Assembly: GCA_963826525.1 (NCBI GenBank)
Contig: CAWGXH010000004.1
Location: 1,120,001 to 1,184,000 of the forward strand
Origin: an uncultured Methanomicrobiaceae archaeon
GTDB taxonomy: Archaea > Halobacteriota > Methanomicrobia > Methanomicrobiales > Methanoculleaceae
Direction of reading: 5' to 3'
DNA: 64,000 nucleotides
In this document: one piece after another, positions 31,783 to 43,033 of the stretch
Layout: the number at the start of each line of letters is the position of its first letter
Position numbering within the stretch: position 1 is the first letter of the stretch
The notes under the pieces: model-generated
Seen by the model: the letters and a program-made list of their open reading frames with translations, nothing else
Told to the model about the DNA's origin: nothing
The model's database searches: none
Translations under genes and position numbers: made by a program

Positions 31783-32291
31783 CCGGATTTTTTCCGTCCC
31801 AGCTCCTCGTCTATCGCCCGGAGGGTGAGCCAGTGGTAGAACTGCTGCTGCCAGTAGTTCGTGTCGACACTCCTCTTCTCGGCCCGCTGTTTCGTAAACC
31901 CCGCGAGCCCCTCCGGCGGGAGCCAGGCTGTCGCGAGCGGCACCATATCGTCGGCAGGCTGGCCGACGGCGTGGAGGAGTTCGTGCCAGACCCGGAGAGC
32001 AATGAGTTCCGGACGCGCGAGTTCCCCGCTCATCACCTTGATCGCCGCACGGAGGTGGAACGCCCCGCCGGCCGCCCGTGCGGAGAGGCCGTCGCCGCTG
32101 AAGATATAGACCGTTCCTTCATGCACCGGAAAGGGAAAGTCCGACCAGTTCGGGTCGTTCGGCCAGGAGTAGGCGAGCTCCGGCCTCTCCGGTCGGACGG
32201 TCAGCCGGAAGAATGCAGGGATGACTCCGAGCCACGGTGCGATAGCCTCGCGGAGCCGGTCGGTCTCGAAGTATACGTCAAGTGCGGGCAT
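31779..32291 (-). CDS. Hypothetical protein with HExxH zinc-metallopeptidase motif
   Basis: VWHELLHAVG in a 170-aa ORF with host-like codon usage. Confidence 0.6.
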   Translation of the reverse strand: MPALDVYFETDRLREAIAPWLGVIPAFFRLTVRPERPELAYSWPNDPNWSDFPFPVHEGTVYIFSGDGLSARAAGGAFHLRAAIKVMSGELARPELIALRVWHELLHAVGQPADDMVPLATAWLPPEGLAGFTKQRAEKRSVDTNYWQQQFYHWLTLRAIDEELGRKKSG

Positions 32292-32494
32292 CCCCGCGGC
32301 ATCACCCGCAGAGGTAGTGTAGTTATCGGTGCCGATGGAAAAAGATCAGGAATCTTCCCGATGCACCTCACCTCTGTTCGATCCGTCACGGGCTCCTGCA
32401 GGAATCGGAATGCATTAATGTGGCAGGATAGCATGTTCCGATAGTGACGGGGCTCATGCCGTGCCGCCCTGTTACTGTGCGAGGTGTATCTGGT

Positions 32495-34046
32495 ATGAGG
32501 AATACGCATCTGCCGCTTGTGGTAATCTGTGCCGTCTGCTGCATCTTCTGCCTCAGGCTGTATCACGTCGTCGTCATCGCCGGCGGACGGGAATGCCGGT
32601 GCTGATCCGGCGGCGGGTATCGGGAACGTGAGTCTCCGGCTCTATACCGAGGATTTCCCGCCGTACAACGCCATCGATAAAGACGGGATGATCACCGGCC
32701 AGTCGACCGCGGTCGTCCGGGAGATCGCAGAGCGCCTGGGTCAGAACGTGACGATCGAACTGGTGCCGTGGGCGGAGGGATACGGGCACGCCCTGAACGA
32801 GCCCGATACGGGGCTCTACTCCGCCGCCCGGACTGCCGAACGTGAACCGCTCTTCCTCTGGGTGGGGCCTATCGGCACCTACGAGTACGTCTTTTATGCA
32901 AAGAACGGCTCGGGAATCTCCGCTCCGACCCTTGACGCGGTGAGAAAGGTTCGGGCCGTCGGCGTGGTGAAAGACGATGTCCGCCACCAGTACCTGGCGG
33001 CGAACGGCCTTGCGAATCTCGTCCTCTATCCAAACGATACTGCTGCTGTCCGGGATCTTCTGAACGGCACGATCGATCTCTGGCTCGGGAGCAGCAACAC
33101 CGCCCGGGCGACTGCCCTTGCCGCAGGCATCGACCCTGCGGAACTGACGCCGGTCTATCCGGTCAGGAAGGACGAGCTCTTCATCGCCTTCAACAACGAA
33201 ACGCCGCCTGCCGTGGTCGATGCCTGGCAGGAGACACTGAACGCAATGAAACGGGACGGCACCTACGATGCCATCCTCTCCCGGTATCAGGGATCGGGAA
33301 CCGGCACGGAGAACCGAAGTCCGGATTCCGGTACGATGGACGTGCCCGGGGCGATCGCGCTCTCGTCGGTGATCGCGTATACCGACCTGCGGCTGGAGTC
33401 CATCGACCGGGTGCTCGAGGCTCTGGCAACGACCGAAGAGGTGCGGTCGGGGGAATGGGAGCGAATTATGCCGCTTCTGGCCGATGCGGAACAGAAAGAC
33501 CCCGCCGCACGGCTCTGGTACTCCCGGCCGAACGGGACGTATTATACGACCGTGGACGGCCTTGCCGCTTCAAACCTCATGAGCCGGCCGTATTTCCCTA
33601 CTGTGCTCGCGGGCAACGTCTCGATCGGCACCGTGGTGGTCAGTCATTCGACCGGGAAGAGTACGGCCATCGTCGCGGTTCCGGTGATGGAGCAGGGTGC
33701 GGTTACGGGAGTGCTCGGTGCCTCCGTGTACCTGGATGAATTCTCCGTCGCTATCCGGGAGTCACTGGATCTTCGGGATCCGATCTTCTTCTTCGCGCTC
33801 GATCGGCAGGGGATGTACGCTCTCAACTCCCGGGAAGAGCGGATCTCACAGAATTCTACAGAGCAGGACACCACGTCCGCCACCGAAGCAATGGAACGGA
33901 TTCTCTCGGAGGATGAGGGCACCGTGGCATACACGTCCGAAGGGGAGCAGCGGCAGGTGATCTTTGGCTCCTCCCCCCTGACCGGGTGGCGGTTTGCGCT
34001 CGGGAAGATCACCGGTGATGTATCCGGAGAGCGTGCTGCGTCGTAG
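32495..34046 (+). CDS. Lipoprotein: family-3 solute-binding domain fused to a Cache domain (frameshift in signal peptide ~32547)
   Basis: MRNTHLPLVVICAVCC...SGC lipobox; TEDFPPYN, VPW, RTAERE, DGTYDAILSRY; Cache-like RPYF...STG...VAVP...GVLG and TGWR. Confidence 0.8.
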
Positions 34047-34196
34047 TCTCTTGCGCACGGTTTCTGCGGGAGAGCGTGCCGGATAGCCTCCCGGGAACCC
34101 TTCTGCATCCAGCGTTCCCTTACCTCGTCGGGGTGTCGGCGGCATCTCGCCGATCCATACCGGGCGGCCCCGGGGCGCTCTTCACCCCCCTGCCTT

Positions 34197-36386
34197 TCAG
34201 GAGTGCTTGCGCAGGAACGCCCGTATCTTCTCCGACTCGATCCAGCCGCGGTCGAGCTCGGTGACGATACCGTCGATGGCCATCGCCTGCTCGACGATCT
34301 TCGCCGATGAAGGGGTCTCCTCAAGGCCGGCTATCCCCACGATCACCTGGAGCGGGTTCCGGATGTGGTCGTTCAGAATAGCAAACTGCTCCATATTCCG
34401 GTCTATCTGCTCGTATGCCTTCATCTTCTCGGCTTCGACCGCCGTGCGCTCTTCGATCTCTTCCCTGAGCCGTCCGGTAGCCGCCTGCAGGTCGGCTGTC
34501 CTTTCGGCAACCTTTCTTTCGAGTTCCTCTTCGGCCTGCTTGCGCTCGGTGATGTCGATGAAACTCTCAAGGAGGTACGCTTCCCCCCTCAGACGGACGG
34601 GCACGACGGTCTTCAGGATCGGAAGGCTGCTCCCGTGCGCCGTCAGGAGTGTCCGCTCAGCGTTATCGACCTGCTGTCCGGAGTCGGTGATCGGACAGTT
34701 TCCCCGCTGCTGCGGACAGATGTACCGGTAGCATTCTCTCCCGAGCATCTCGCCGCGCGACGCCCCTACCATCCGGAGCGCCGCGGGGTTTGCATCGGCA
34801 ATGGTATGGGTCTTCGGATCGATGACGACGATCCCCGCCTGGATGGACTCGAGGATCGTTTCGAGGTACTGCCGGTTCTCTTTCAGGCTCTCCTCGGCAC
34901 GCCGCCGCTCCTTAATCTCGGCTGTCAGGTGACTGTTCACCGCCGTAGAGTTCGCTCGTCCGTTCCCGGACGAGGTCTTCGAGGTGAAGCCGGTATCTTC
35001 GAGCTGCTGCTCCGCTCTCCTCCGTTCGGTGATATCCCGGGCCACGACGAGCTCCGCCCGCCGGTCGTCCAGGGTGATGGCCCGGGAACTTGCCTCGACC
35101 GGAATCGGCGTGCCGTCCTTCCCTCTCATCTCGGCAGCATAAAGAGCAGGACTCATCGGAGCGGCCGCGATATCCGTGCCGATAAGTGCGGATGCCGGTA
35201 GACCAAGCAGTTCCTCCCGGGTATACCCGAGCCGGCTGCATGCCTGGTCGCATGCCTCGAGGATCTTCCCCGGGCTGCCGTCGTCACCGACGGAGTAGAC
35301 CAGCGTGAGATCGCTGCCGGTGTTGAAGAGGAGACGGTAGCGGTCGTTGCTCTCCTCAAGGGCATGCAGCATACCGTTGATTGCGCCGGCAAGCCCCGTG
35401 ATCTCGTCGTCGCCCGTCTCCGGGAGACGGGATGCGAAGTCGCCCGAAGCTCCTATCACAGTGACGTCCGTATTCAGGGAGGCTACCCGGGAAATGACGC
35501 CGTTCTTCAAGAGGCAGACGGATACGATCCCGAATGCCACCCCGACTACCAGCAGTGCGAAGAAGAGGTAGGTGATGGCGGCGAGACCCTGCCGGTAGAT
35601 CGTCCTTGGTGCGTCCACGCGCAGAACTGCCGCAGGCGTCCCGGCAAGATCGGTGAGCGCGGCGTACCCGCTGACGACTTCGTCGTTCGTCGGGAGCACG
35701 GCGACGCCCCCCGATGCCTGCAGGGCTGTCTCCACGTCTCCGGGGATCTCGCCTCCGTCCGGGTCGAGAAAGACGATCGAGAGCTGCGCCGTATCTGCAA
35801 GATACCCGACCATCGCCTCGTCGAGATACCTGCCCATCAGCAGGACTCCCCTGACAGGCCCTTCTCCGGTGCTCGTGGTGATCGGCTGCGAGGAGATGAG
35901 CATCAGACCTTCAGGAAGACGGATTATGCCTCTGCTGCTGCCTTCCGGGCTCTGGTGCCGTATCAGACGTTCTTCAGCGATGATCCGTTCGACGACCTCG
36001 TCCGGGAGGGGAACGGGTGAGCCCGATGAAAGGTCGAACGCCTCTGAATAGACGATCGTCCCCGAATCGCCGACGTAGAGTATCAGATTCAGGCCGAGGT
36101 TGCTGAATGTCTCATCGACGAGATTCGACCCGATATACTCCTCGTTTCGGTCGTCGATGAAGGCGTAGGTATCGTCCCACTTCGCCCAGTCCTGGTTCAT
36201 CCTGTCGATCGAGGCTATCTCGTTATCGAGCGCACGCGCTGCCCGTTGCACCTGCTCCTGCATACCCTGCTCTTCGAGCGACGTATAACTCTCGAGCAGC
36301 AGGGTACCCGATACGAGAGCAAGTGTTCCCATGAGGCAGGCGAGGGTCAGGGCAATGATGATCAGCGTGCGCGTAAGAATTTTCAT
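34197..36386 (-). CDS. Membrane sensor CHASE4-HAMP-PAS-PAS with a truncated DHp-like tail and no HATPase domain
   Basis: DWAKWDDTY (CHASE4), GDDEITGLAGAIN (HAMP), PAS motifs; ends NDHIRNPLQVIVG...LDRGWIESEKIRAFLRKHS*. Compensating frameshifts at ~34930-34995. Confidence 0.85.
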   Translation of the reverse strand: MKILTRTLIIIALTLACLMGTLALVSGTLLLESYTSLEEQGMQEQVQRAARALDNEIASIDRMNQDWAKWDDTYAFIDDRNEEYIGSNLVDETFSNLGLNLILYVGDSGTIVYSEAFDLSSGSPVPLPDEVVERIIAEERLIRHQSPEGSSRGIIRLPEGLMLISSQPITTSTGEGPVRGVLLMGRYLDEAMVGYLADTAQLSIVFLDPDGGEIPGDVETALQASGGVAVLPTNDEVVSGYAALTDLAGTPAAVLRVDAPRTIYRQGLAAITYLFFALLVVGVAFGIVSVCLLKNGVISRVASLNTDVTVIGASGDFASRLPETGDDEITGLAGAINGMLHALEESNDRYRLLFNTGSDLTLVYSVGDDGSPGKILEACDQACSRLGYTREELLGLPASALIGTDIAAAPMSPALYAAEMRGKDGTPIPVEASSRAITLDDRRAELVVARDITERRRAEQQLEDTGFTSKTSSGNGRANSTAVNSHLTAEIKERRRAEESLKENRQYLETILESIQAGIVVIDPKTHTIADANPAALRMVGASRGEMLGRECYRYICPQQRGNCPITDSGQQVDNAERTLLTAHGSSLPILKTVVPVRLRGEAYLLESFIDITERKQAEEELERKVAERTADLQAATGRLREEIEERTAVEAEKMKAYEQIDRNMEQFAILNDHIRNPLQVIVGIAGLEETPSSAKIVEQAMAIDGIVTELDRGWIESEKIRAFLRKHS

Positions 36387-36871
36387 GTGATAGCCTCTGA
36401 CGTCCGGTCGCGGCGGAGTACCGGTATCAGAGATCCCCTCCTGCGCCCCACCCCGCTCCGCGGCAGCGTGCTGAGCCTCTTTCTCTCTTTACCGGCTGGT
36501 AATCCTATATTTGAATTGCTTTCGCGCCATATGAACGTTTCAAAATCGTCGCGGGATGACCTTTGACGGGATAACGAGTCCGGTTCATCCCCCGAACGCT
36601 CTGTGAACCGGTAGATCCAGTACCATTGGACAAATACAGTCCATTTGGAATAAATGTCTGAAAATTCAATTTTACTATTTAATTACACCGGAAACCGGGC
36701 AGCGATAATCTTCAGCGAAAGCTGAAACCGGTTCCGTTTAGCAGGAAATGCCGCGAATGCAATTCATTATGAACCATACGACTCTCAAGGGCACTTCGGC
36801 CGTCCCTCCTCCCGTGGTGGTACCACTCACGGACGAGCCGGAGATAAGCCTGCATTTCCGGGGATAGAGGT

Positions 36872-38459
36872 ATGGTAGCGGCATCTTTCAAAGGCCGGTG
36901 GGATACCCCCGGCTCCCCATGGAGGTGGGCGGGCTCTCTCCTTCTGGTCTTCCTGGTGGCGATCCCCCTGCCGGTCGGGGCAGTCTGCCGTCCCGGGTGA
37001 TGACCCGGGTATCCGGGTTGGCGTCTATAGCGCCCCTCCCTTCTGCGATATCGGGGATGACGGAACCGTTTCGGGTTTCTGCATCGATATCCTGGAGTAC
37101 ATCGCAGCAGAGGAAGGGTGGCGGATTGTGTACGTCCCCGGCACCTGGGCGGAGTGCATAACAAGGCTTGAACGGGGGGAGATCGATCTCCTCGTGGCAA
37201 TAGCGTATACGGAGGAGCGGGACCTGCGGTTCGATTTCTCCCGTGAGTCTCTGGTGGTGGACTGGGGACAGAATCGTCTCCCGGAGAGGCGCCGGTCTCT
37301 CCTCCGTCTTTGACCTGGAGGGAAAAAGGATAGCCGTGCTGGAAGACGATGTCTACTACGCTGCGTTCCGCGAGCTTGCAGACCAGTCCGGGATACACTG
37401 CACCTTCGTCGTCGTCGACGACTACCGGGCTGTGTTCCGGGCTGTCGACGAAAAGATCGCCGATGCCGGCCTTGTGGGCAGAAGCACCGGTTACCTCTCC
37501 GGGAGCGGGTACGGGATCGAAGAGACTTCGATCGTCTGCAGCCCGAAAGAACTTCTCTTCGCCGCCCCCTCGGGGAAGAACGCTGCCCTCCTCAGCGACT
37601 CTTGACCGCCATCTCGCCCTCCTGAAGGCCGATACGGGATCGGTCTACTATCGGTCACTCGGGACATGGCTCGGCGGTGCAACCCGCCCGATCATTCCGG
37701 AATGGATCGGTGCGGTCATCGGTTCGGCACTCCTGCTCGCCGGGTGCTTCTTCGGCGGCGTTCTTCTTCTGCGGGCGCAGGTAACGCGACGGACGGAGGA
37801 ACTCCGAAGGGAGGTCGAGGAGCGGAGGCGTGCCGAGGCGGCTTTTTCCGAGAGTGAACGGCGTTTCCAGGCGGCCCTGAAGCATTCGTCGGTCTTTGTG
37901 TTTCACCAGGATGGGCTGCTCGCCTATACCTGGGTATTCAATGCTCCGGGGGGTCGGGCTCCTGGTGTCTTCCTCGGCAGAACCGATGCCGATCTCTTTC
38001 TGCCGGAGGATGCCGCCGTCCTTACCCGGTTGAAGCGGCAAGTGCTCGAGAGCGGCGGCGACGTGAAGACTGAGACTGACAGTAACCCTCGACGGGCAAA
38101 GCCGCCGCTTCTCACTGACCCTCGAACCCGATTACGACCGGGCGGGCGACGTCGGGGGGCTTATCGGAGTCGCCATCGATGTCACCGAGAAGGCACGGCA
38201 GGAGGAACAGATCCGGGAAGCGCTCTGCCAGGTCAACAGGAACTTCGAGCAGCTGGCGACGCTCAACGATCATATCCGAAACCCCCTCCAGGTGATCGTC
38301 GGCCTTGCGGCCATGACTGAAGGAAGGACGGCCGAGATCATTCTCGCGCAGTCGGAGGAGATCAACGATCTCGTCAGGGAGCTTGATACGGGGTGGCTCG
38401 AGTCGATGAAGATCCGCGACTTCCTCGTCCGGCACTATGCTCCTCCGGAAGATGAGTGA
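36872..38459 (+). CDS. Membrane sensor SBP(family 3)-TM-PAS with the same truncated DHp-like tail (several frameshifts)
   Basis: Stitched from GIRVGVYSAPPF...GFCIDIL...GTWAEC...GEIDLL, the PAS region (YTWVFN, GRTDADLF) and the end NDHIRNPLQVIVG...LDTGWLESMKIRDFLVRHY; start uncertain. Confidence 0.75.
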
Positions 38460-38465
38460 CCGCTA

Positions 38466-39173
38466 TCAGGGCTTCTTCTCCCGGAACCGGTGCTGGTGGC
38501 GTCTCCAGGCGAGGAATGCGCCTGCTGCCCCGAGCACGGCAAGGAGCAGTACGGCAACGCCGAGCACCGGGTCATGTCTATACAGATCGAGGATCACGTC
38601 GGTGCCGAGGGCGATGGTAAGGCAGGAGCCGATTGATCCGGCCATGACAACGGCAAAGACCCGTTGTGTGTCCATCCCGAGGAGTTTCCCGAGGATAGAA
38701 CCGTTCATCGCACCGGTTCCCTGGAACGGGAAGAAGACGAAGAGAAAGAGCCCGACGGTCGAGACGCTCCTGATGCCGGGGTGAGCTTCGCTGTAATCGT
38801 TCATCATCGAGAGCCCCCGCTTGAGCAGGCGGCCGAGGAGAGGCACTTTCATCGCAAGTTCGAAGTTCCAGGCGATGAAGAGGGCGATCGCCGCATCGAG
38901 GGCTACAAGAAGCATGGTGATAAGCCACCACGGCTGTCCCGCCAGGATGACGATCGGAATGATCGACTCCTTTCCGGCAGGCGGGACGAAGTAGGCTGCG
39001 GAGAGGCCGGTGTAGAGGAGGAACGTCTCGTACGGCTGGCTCAGGTAGATCAGGCCGAGCGCCAGCGGGATGATGGCGAGCGGGAGAACGAACTTCATGA
39101 CGGCGAGCGCGAGCGGTCCCCGTCCCAGCGCGTACTCCGATGCGGTCTTAACCGATTCTATCACGGCACTCAC
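38466..39173 (-). CDS. Small multidrug export-like membrane protein
   Basis: PPAGKESIIP, GLFLFVFFPFQGTGA motif; multiple TM helices. Confidence 0.8.
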   Translation of the reverse strand: MSAVIESVKTASEYALGRGPLALAVMKFVLPLAIIPLALGLIYLSQPYETFLLYTGLSAAYFVPPAGKESIIPIVILAGQPWWLITMLLVALDAAIALFIAWNFELAMKVPLLGRLLKRGLSMMNDYSEAHPGIRSVSTVGLFLFVFFPFQGTGAMNGSILGKLLGMDTQRVFAVVMAGSIGSCLTIALGTDVILDLYRHDPVLGVAVLLLAVLGAAGAFLAWRRHQHRFREKKP

Positions 39174-39314
39174 TTCTCGTCACCTCCCACGCGTATACCT
39201 GGTGATTAATCGTGCAGTCTGACAGGATATAAGGCATACTGATGGATCTTTCCGCGGCACGGGGTAACCTTCAAACGGAATGGCACGTGAAGAATGGTAT
39301 GGGACTGACCTGCT

Positions 39315-39584
39315 ATGAAGACCGAACGATCCGATCCTGAAAGATGTCTGCCGGTTATGGAGACCGGGACACGGGAGAGTGCGCTCTGCACCATCTGCAA
39401 CGTCGGCACCGCGCTCGAGCGGCTGCACGAGGTGCGCAAACACGTGCGGGGAGAGCACAAGCGCCGACTCGACGACGTTGCCGTGATCCTCCGGGTGATC
39501 GCCCTCGAGGCGCAGGCGATGTATGCGATCTCGAACGATGAGGCGACGGCAGCGCTCCGGAAGCAGAGGCCGGGCGGCGGATAA
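39315..39584 (+). CDS. Small hypothetical helical protein
   Basis: 89-aa ORF filling the intergenic gap, preceded by a TATA-like GATATAAG at ~39226. Confidence 0.55.
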   Translation: MKTERSDPERCLPVMETGTRESALCTICNVGTALERLHEVRKHVRGEHKRRLDDVAVILRVIALEAQAMYAISNDEATAALRKQRPGGG

Positions 39585-39637
39585 CTCCGCCTCACCCCTC
39601 CCTCCGGCAAATCCTGAAAAAAGATGGCTCTAATCGA

Positions 39638-41322
39638 TCAAGAGGCCGCTTCCTTTGTCACCACAATCCGCCACTCCGTCCCGTGGAGGGCGACCGTGCC
39701 CCAGACGATCTCCTTCCGCACGGTTTGTGTGCTCCCGGTCGCCAGGAACTCGTATCCTCCGGCTCCCTCAGGCTCGGCGGCAACCCGCCGCGCGATCGCC
39801 AGCAGGCCCGGGTAGTCCGCGTAGATCGGATCCTCGAAGGTCATCTTCCCGATCTCGGCCGGATCGGGATCGTAGAGCACCCGCCCGTCCGTCTGGATAA
39901 CCGTCACCACGGTACCGGTGCCGTTCACCGCCGGACAGATGACGTCGCCGAGGAGCAGATCCGGCCTGAACGGAAGAGAGATGCCGCCCGTGATATCTCC
40001 TGAAGGCGAGGTGGCGGGGCGGGCGATGGCGGCGGCGTCGAATCCCTCGACGGTGGTGAACACGCCGCTCAGCGCCGGTTCTCCTTCTTTCAGGATCCGG
40101 ACGATATGGGTCTGTTCGCTGATATCGGTGCCGATACTTCCTCGGGTACTCCTCGGGCGCGACCGCCAGTATCCTGCCACCCGGTCCGACCGTGACGGCA
40201 TCGACCGCTGCGGGCGAGGAGGCGACGAGGTACTCGAGCACTCCTGCCGTCCCCTCACCCTCCATACCGGCCGCTCCGAAGTGCCGGGCAGCCTCGGAGA
40301 GGTTGGCATCCACGGCGGTAAGCGAAGCTTCGACCCCGCCCTCGATCCCGGTGAGGAGCGTCTGCATCCCGCTCCTCGTGGCAAGACTGTTTTCAGTGAG
40401 GTCGGCGAGGTAGATCCCCGCTCCGAGCCACCAGGTCTCGTCCACCTTCTGGACGTAACTCATCTTCGGCTCGACGGTGAGGTTGTGAGCAGGGTTCGGA
40501 TAGTCGTAGAAGATGAATCCCCCGCCCTCTTTCGCAAGGTCGATCTCCACCCGGGTGACGTTGACGCCGTAGGTATCCTTTAGATCGATCATGCTGGTCC
40601 CGACGAGGTCCTGCTGGTAGGGGAGAGCGAGGCAGGTGCCGTTGAAGTCGAGGGCATAAATGTACACTTCCCGCATGACGAACGGGCCGTTTTTGTCCAT
40701 GAACGCCGCAAGCGCTGCCTCCCTGCCGTTCGTGCGTGCATAGGCGGCCGCATCCTCGACGAACCGAACGATCTGCTCCTTTGCCTGGAGGTCGGCCTCA
40801 ACCTGCGGCGAGGCCGATTCGGCCTCCTCCCCATAGATGCCGGCTCCCAGCCACCAGGTGTCGTCAACGCGCATGACGTAGCTCAGCTTCGGTTCGATCG
40901 AGAAGTCTGCCTCCGGATTCGGATAGTAGTAGCGTACAAATCCGCTTCCGTTCTCTACTACCCCGATCATCTCCCGTATATACGCGACGCCGTTCGCATC
41001 CCGGAGGTCGAGGCGGTTCGTGCCGACGATCGCCGGTTCGTGGGGGAGCACCAGCGTGGTGCCTGTATAGTCGTAGGCGAAGATGTAGAGTTCACCGCGA
41101 GCGAACTCCCCGTTCGGGTCGTTGAAGGCCAGGATCAGCTGCTTCCTTTCCGTTTTCCCCGGCGAATTCGTATGCCCGTTCGACGAAGGCGACAAGGGCT
41201 TCCGCCGATGCATTCTCCGATCCGTTCGCCGGCGATGCTTCTTCCGGGGTGCCCATGCAGCCTGCTGCGATGAGACAGAGGATCATCGTGAGAAAGACCG
41301 TGACGGCGGTGAATAACTTCAT
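39638..41322 (-). CDS. Lipoprotein with two sCache_2 domains and a further Cache domain, no signalling domain (frameshifts ~41136, ~40145)
   Basis: IAAGC lipobox; duplicated LYIFAYD..GT.L..P / K.SYV..VD.TWWLGAGIY; third domain DGRVLYDPD...GTEWR. Confidence 0.8.
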
Positions 41323-41535
41323 ACGGAAGAATGAGCGTAAACGGATAAAAAATCGCCGATTTAATCCGTCCCTGGGGATTTTTGGAGGATTTTCGAACGA
41401 TAAGGCGCTAGAGCAGACCGTGGATTCTCTCTTCGTGCACGCATCCCTCTTCGCAGGAGAGATCGGCCATCTCTGTCGGCATCCCCTATCGGGGGGCTGC
41501 CGCAGAGTTTAATCGTCACGAAAACCCACACCTCT

Positions 41536-42087
41536 GTGATGAACGAGTCGTCCCGGCAGCTTGTCCACCTGGTCTTCGGCCTCGGCATTGCTGCCTTTGT
41601 CTTCCTCTTCGATCGCGCGATTACCATTTCGGTTCTCATGATCGCACTCTTTGCCGGTTTCATTCTCTCCGATGCGGTCCAGCGGGGCTACACCATTCCC
41701 GGCATCTCGCAGATCATCGCGCGGCTGGAGCGGCGTGAGGCCGCCCCCGGGAAAGGGGCGCTCTTCTTCGCTCTCGGGGCACTCTTCTGCCTGGTGTTCT
41801 TCCCGACTGAAGTGGTCTTTCCTGCCCTGATCGTGCTCGCGCTGCTCGACAGCGTGACGACGATAGTCGGTGTGCGATACGGGAAACACCGCATCTACAA
41901 TAAAAAATCGCTCGAAGGCACGACTTTCGGCATCGCGGTGACGTTCGCGGCGCTGCTGCTCCTGGTGCCTCCGGGTGCGGCGCTGGCGGTTGCCGTTGTC
42001 TCCGGCATTGTCGAGCTGATAACCCCGGTCGACGACAACCTCGTTGTACCGGTCGCCGCCTGCGTCGTTCTGGCGCTTCTCCTGTGA
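41536..42087 (+). CDS. SEC59/DGK1/VTE5-family CTP-dependent lipid (polyprenol) kinase
   Basis: RQLVHL, DS...VGVRYG, KKSLEG, DDNL.VP. Confidence 0.85.
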   Translation: MMNESSRQLVHLVFGLGIAAFVFLFDRAITISVLMIALFAGFILSDAVQRGYTIPGISQIIARLERREAAPGKGALFFALGALFCLVFFPTEVVFPALIVLALLDSVTTIVGVRYGKHRIYNKKSLEGTTFGIAVTFAALLLLVPPGAALAVAVVSGIVELITPVDDNLVVPVAACVVLALLL

Positions 42088-42224
42088 TCATCGCTCCACC
42101 TCGCCCCCCTTCCTGTCCGCGGCAGCGGTTCAGCCCTCCGGTTCATCGATTGAACCTGCTGGTTCGATCATTGTTTAACTGTCCGCACCAGAGGCTTTGG
42201 TAGACACTGCGAGGCGAAGAGACG

Positions 42225-42911
42225 ATGAAGAAAGTGATTGCAGTACTGATCGTATGCCTCCTCATCCTGCCGGGGATCGTATCGGCCGAGAAGGGAGGTC
42301 AGGGCAACGGGCAGGGCGTGGCTAAAACCATGTCCGGCGAGACGGTGCAGGGAAACCTGACCGGCGACGCCGGAAACGAGACCACGGGCGTCCAGCCCGT
42401 CCAGCTCCAGAACCAGACCCGGAAGAATGAGTCCGAGGAACAGAAGCTGCAGATAGAGCAGCGGCAACAGGAGCACCAGCAGGAGCAGGCGAACCGGTCG
42501 CTCAGTGCGAATAACTTCAATCCGGTTCGCTATGCGGTCCACAGCCTCCTTGCCATGGAGAACCGTACCGGCGGGATAGGTCCTCAGGTATCGGCCATCG
42601 CACGGAACCTGAACGAATCTGCCAACCGGACAGAACGGGCGGAAGAGCAGATCCGGTCGAGAACCGGCTTTGCCCGATTCTTCTTCGGAGGAGATTCGGA
42701 GGCGGCCGACCAGATAGAGCAGCAGATGAATCAGACCCGCGAGCAGATCAGGGAACTCTCCCGGTTGTGCGAGAACGCTACCTGTGATAACCAGACCCGG
42801 ACGATGCTGCAGGAGCAGATCAGGCTCGTCGAAGAGGAACAGCAGCGCCTCTTCGATCTTGCCGGCAGGGAACGGCAGGACAGGGGACTCCTCGGCTGGC
42901 TCTGGAACTGA
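42225..42911 (+). CDS. Secreted Gln/Glu-rich coiled-coil hypothetical protein
   Basis: Signal peptide MKKVIAVLIVCLLILPGIVSA; GGIGPQVSAIA, RFFFGGD, terminal GLLGWLWN. Confidence 0.75.
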   Translation: MKKVIAVLIVCLLILPGIVSAEKGGQGNGQGVAKTMSGETVQGNLTGDAGNETTGVQPVQLQNQTRKNESEEQKLQIEQRQQEHQQEQANRSLSANNFNPVRYAVHSLLAMENRTGGIGPQVSAIARNLNESANRTERAEEQIRSRTGFARFFFGGDSEAADQIEQQMNQTREQIRELSRLCENATCDNQTRTMLQEQIRLVEEEQQRLFDLAGRERQDRGLLGWLWN

Positions 42912-43033
42912 TATCCCTCTTTTCCGGGAACCGATCCCGGGAGAAGCAGGGGACATTCTCTCTCTTTTTATCGGAAAACCGTTCCGGTGATCTCCGCGAC
43001 CTCTCCTGAAGGATCCTGTGCGGAGCCGGAGGT

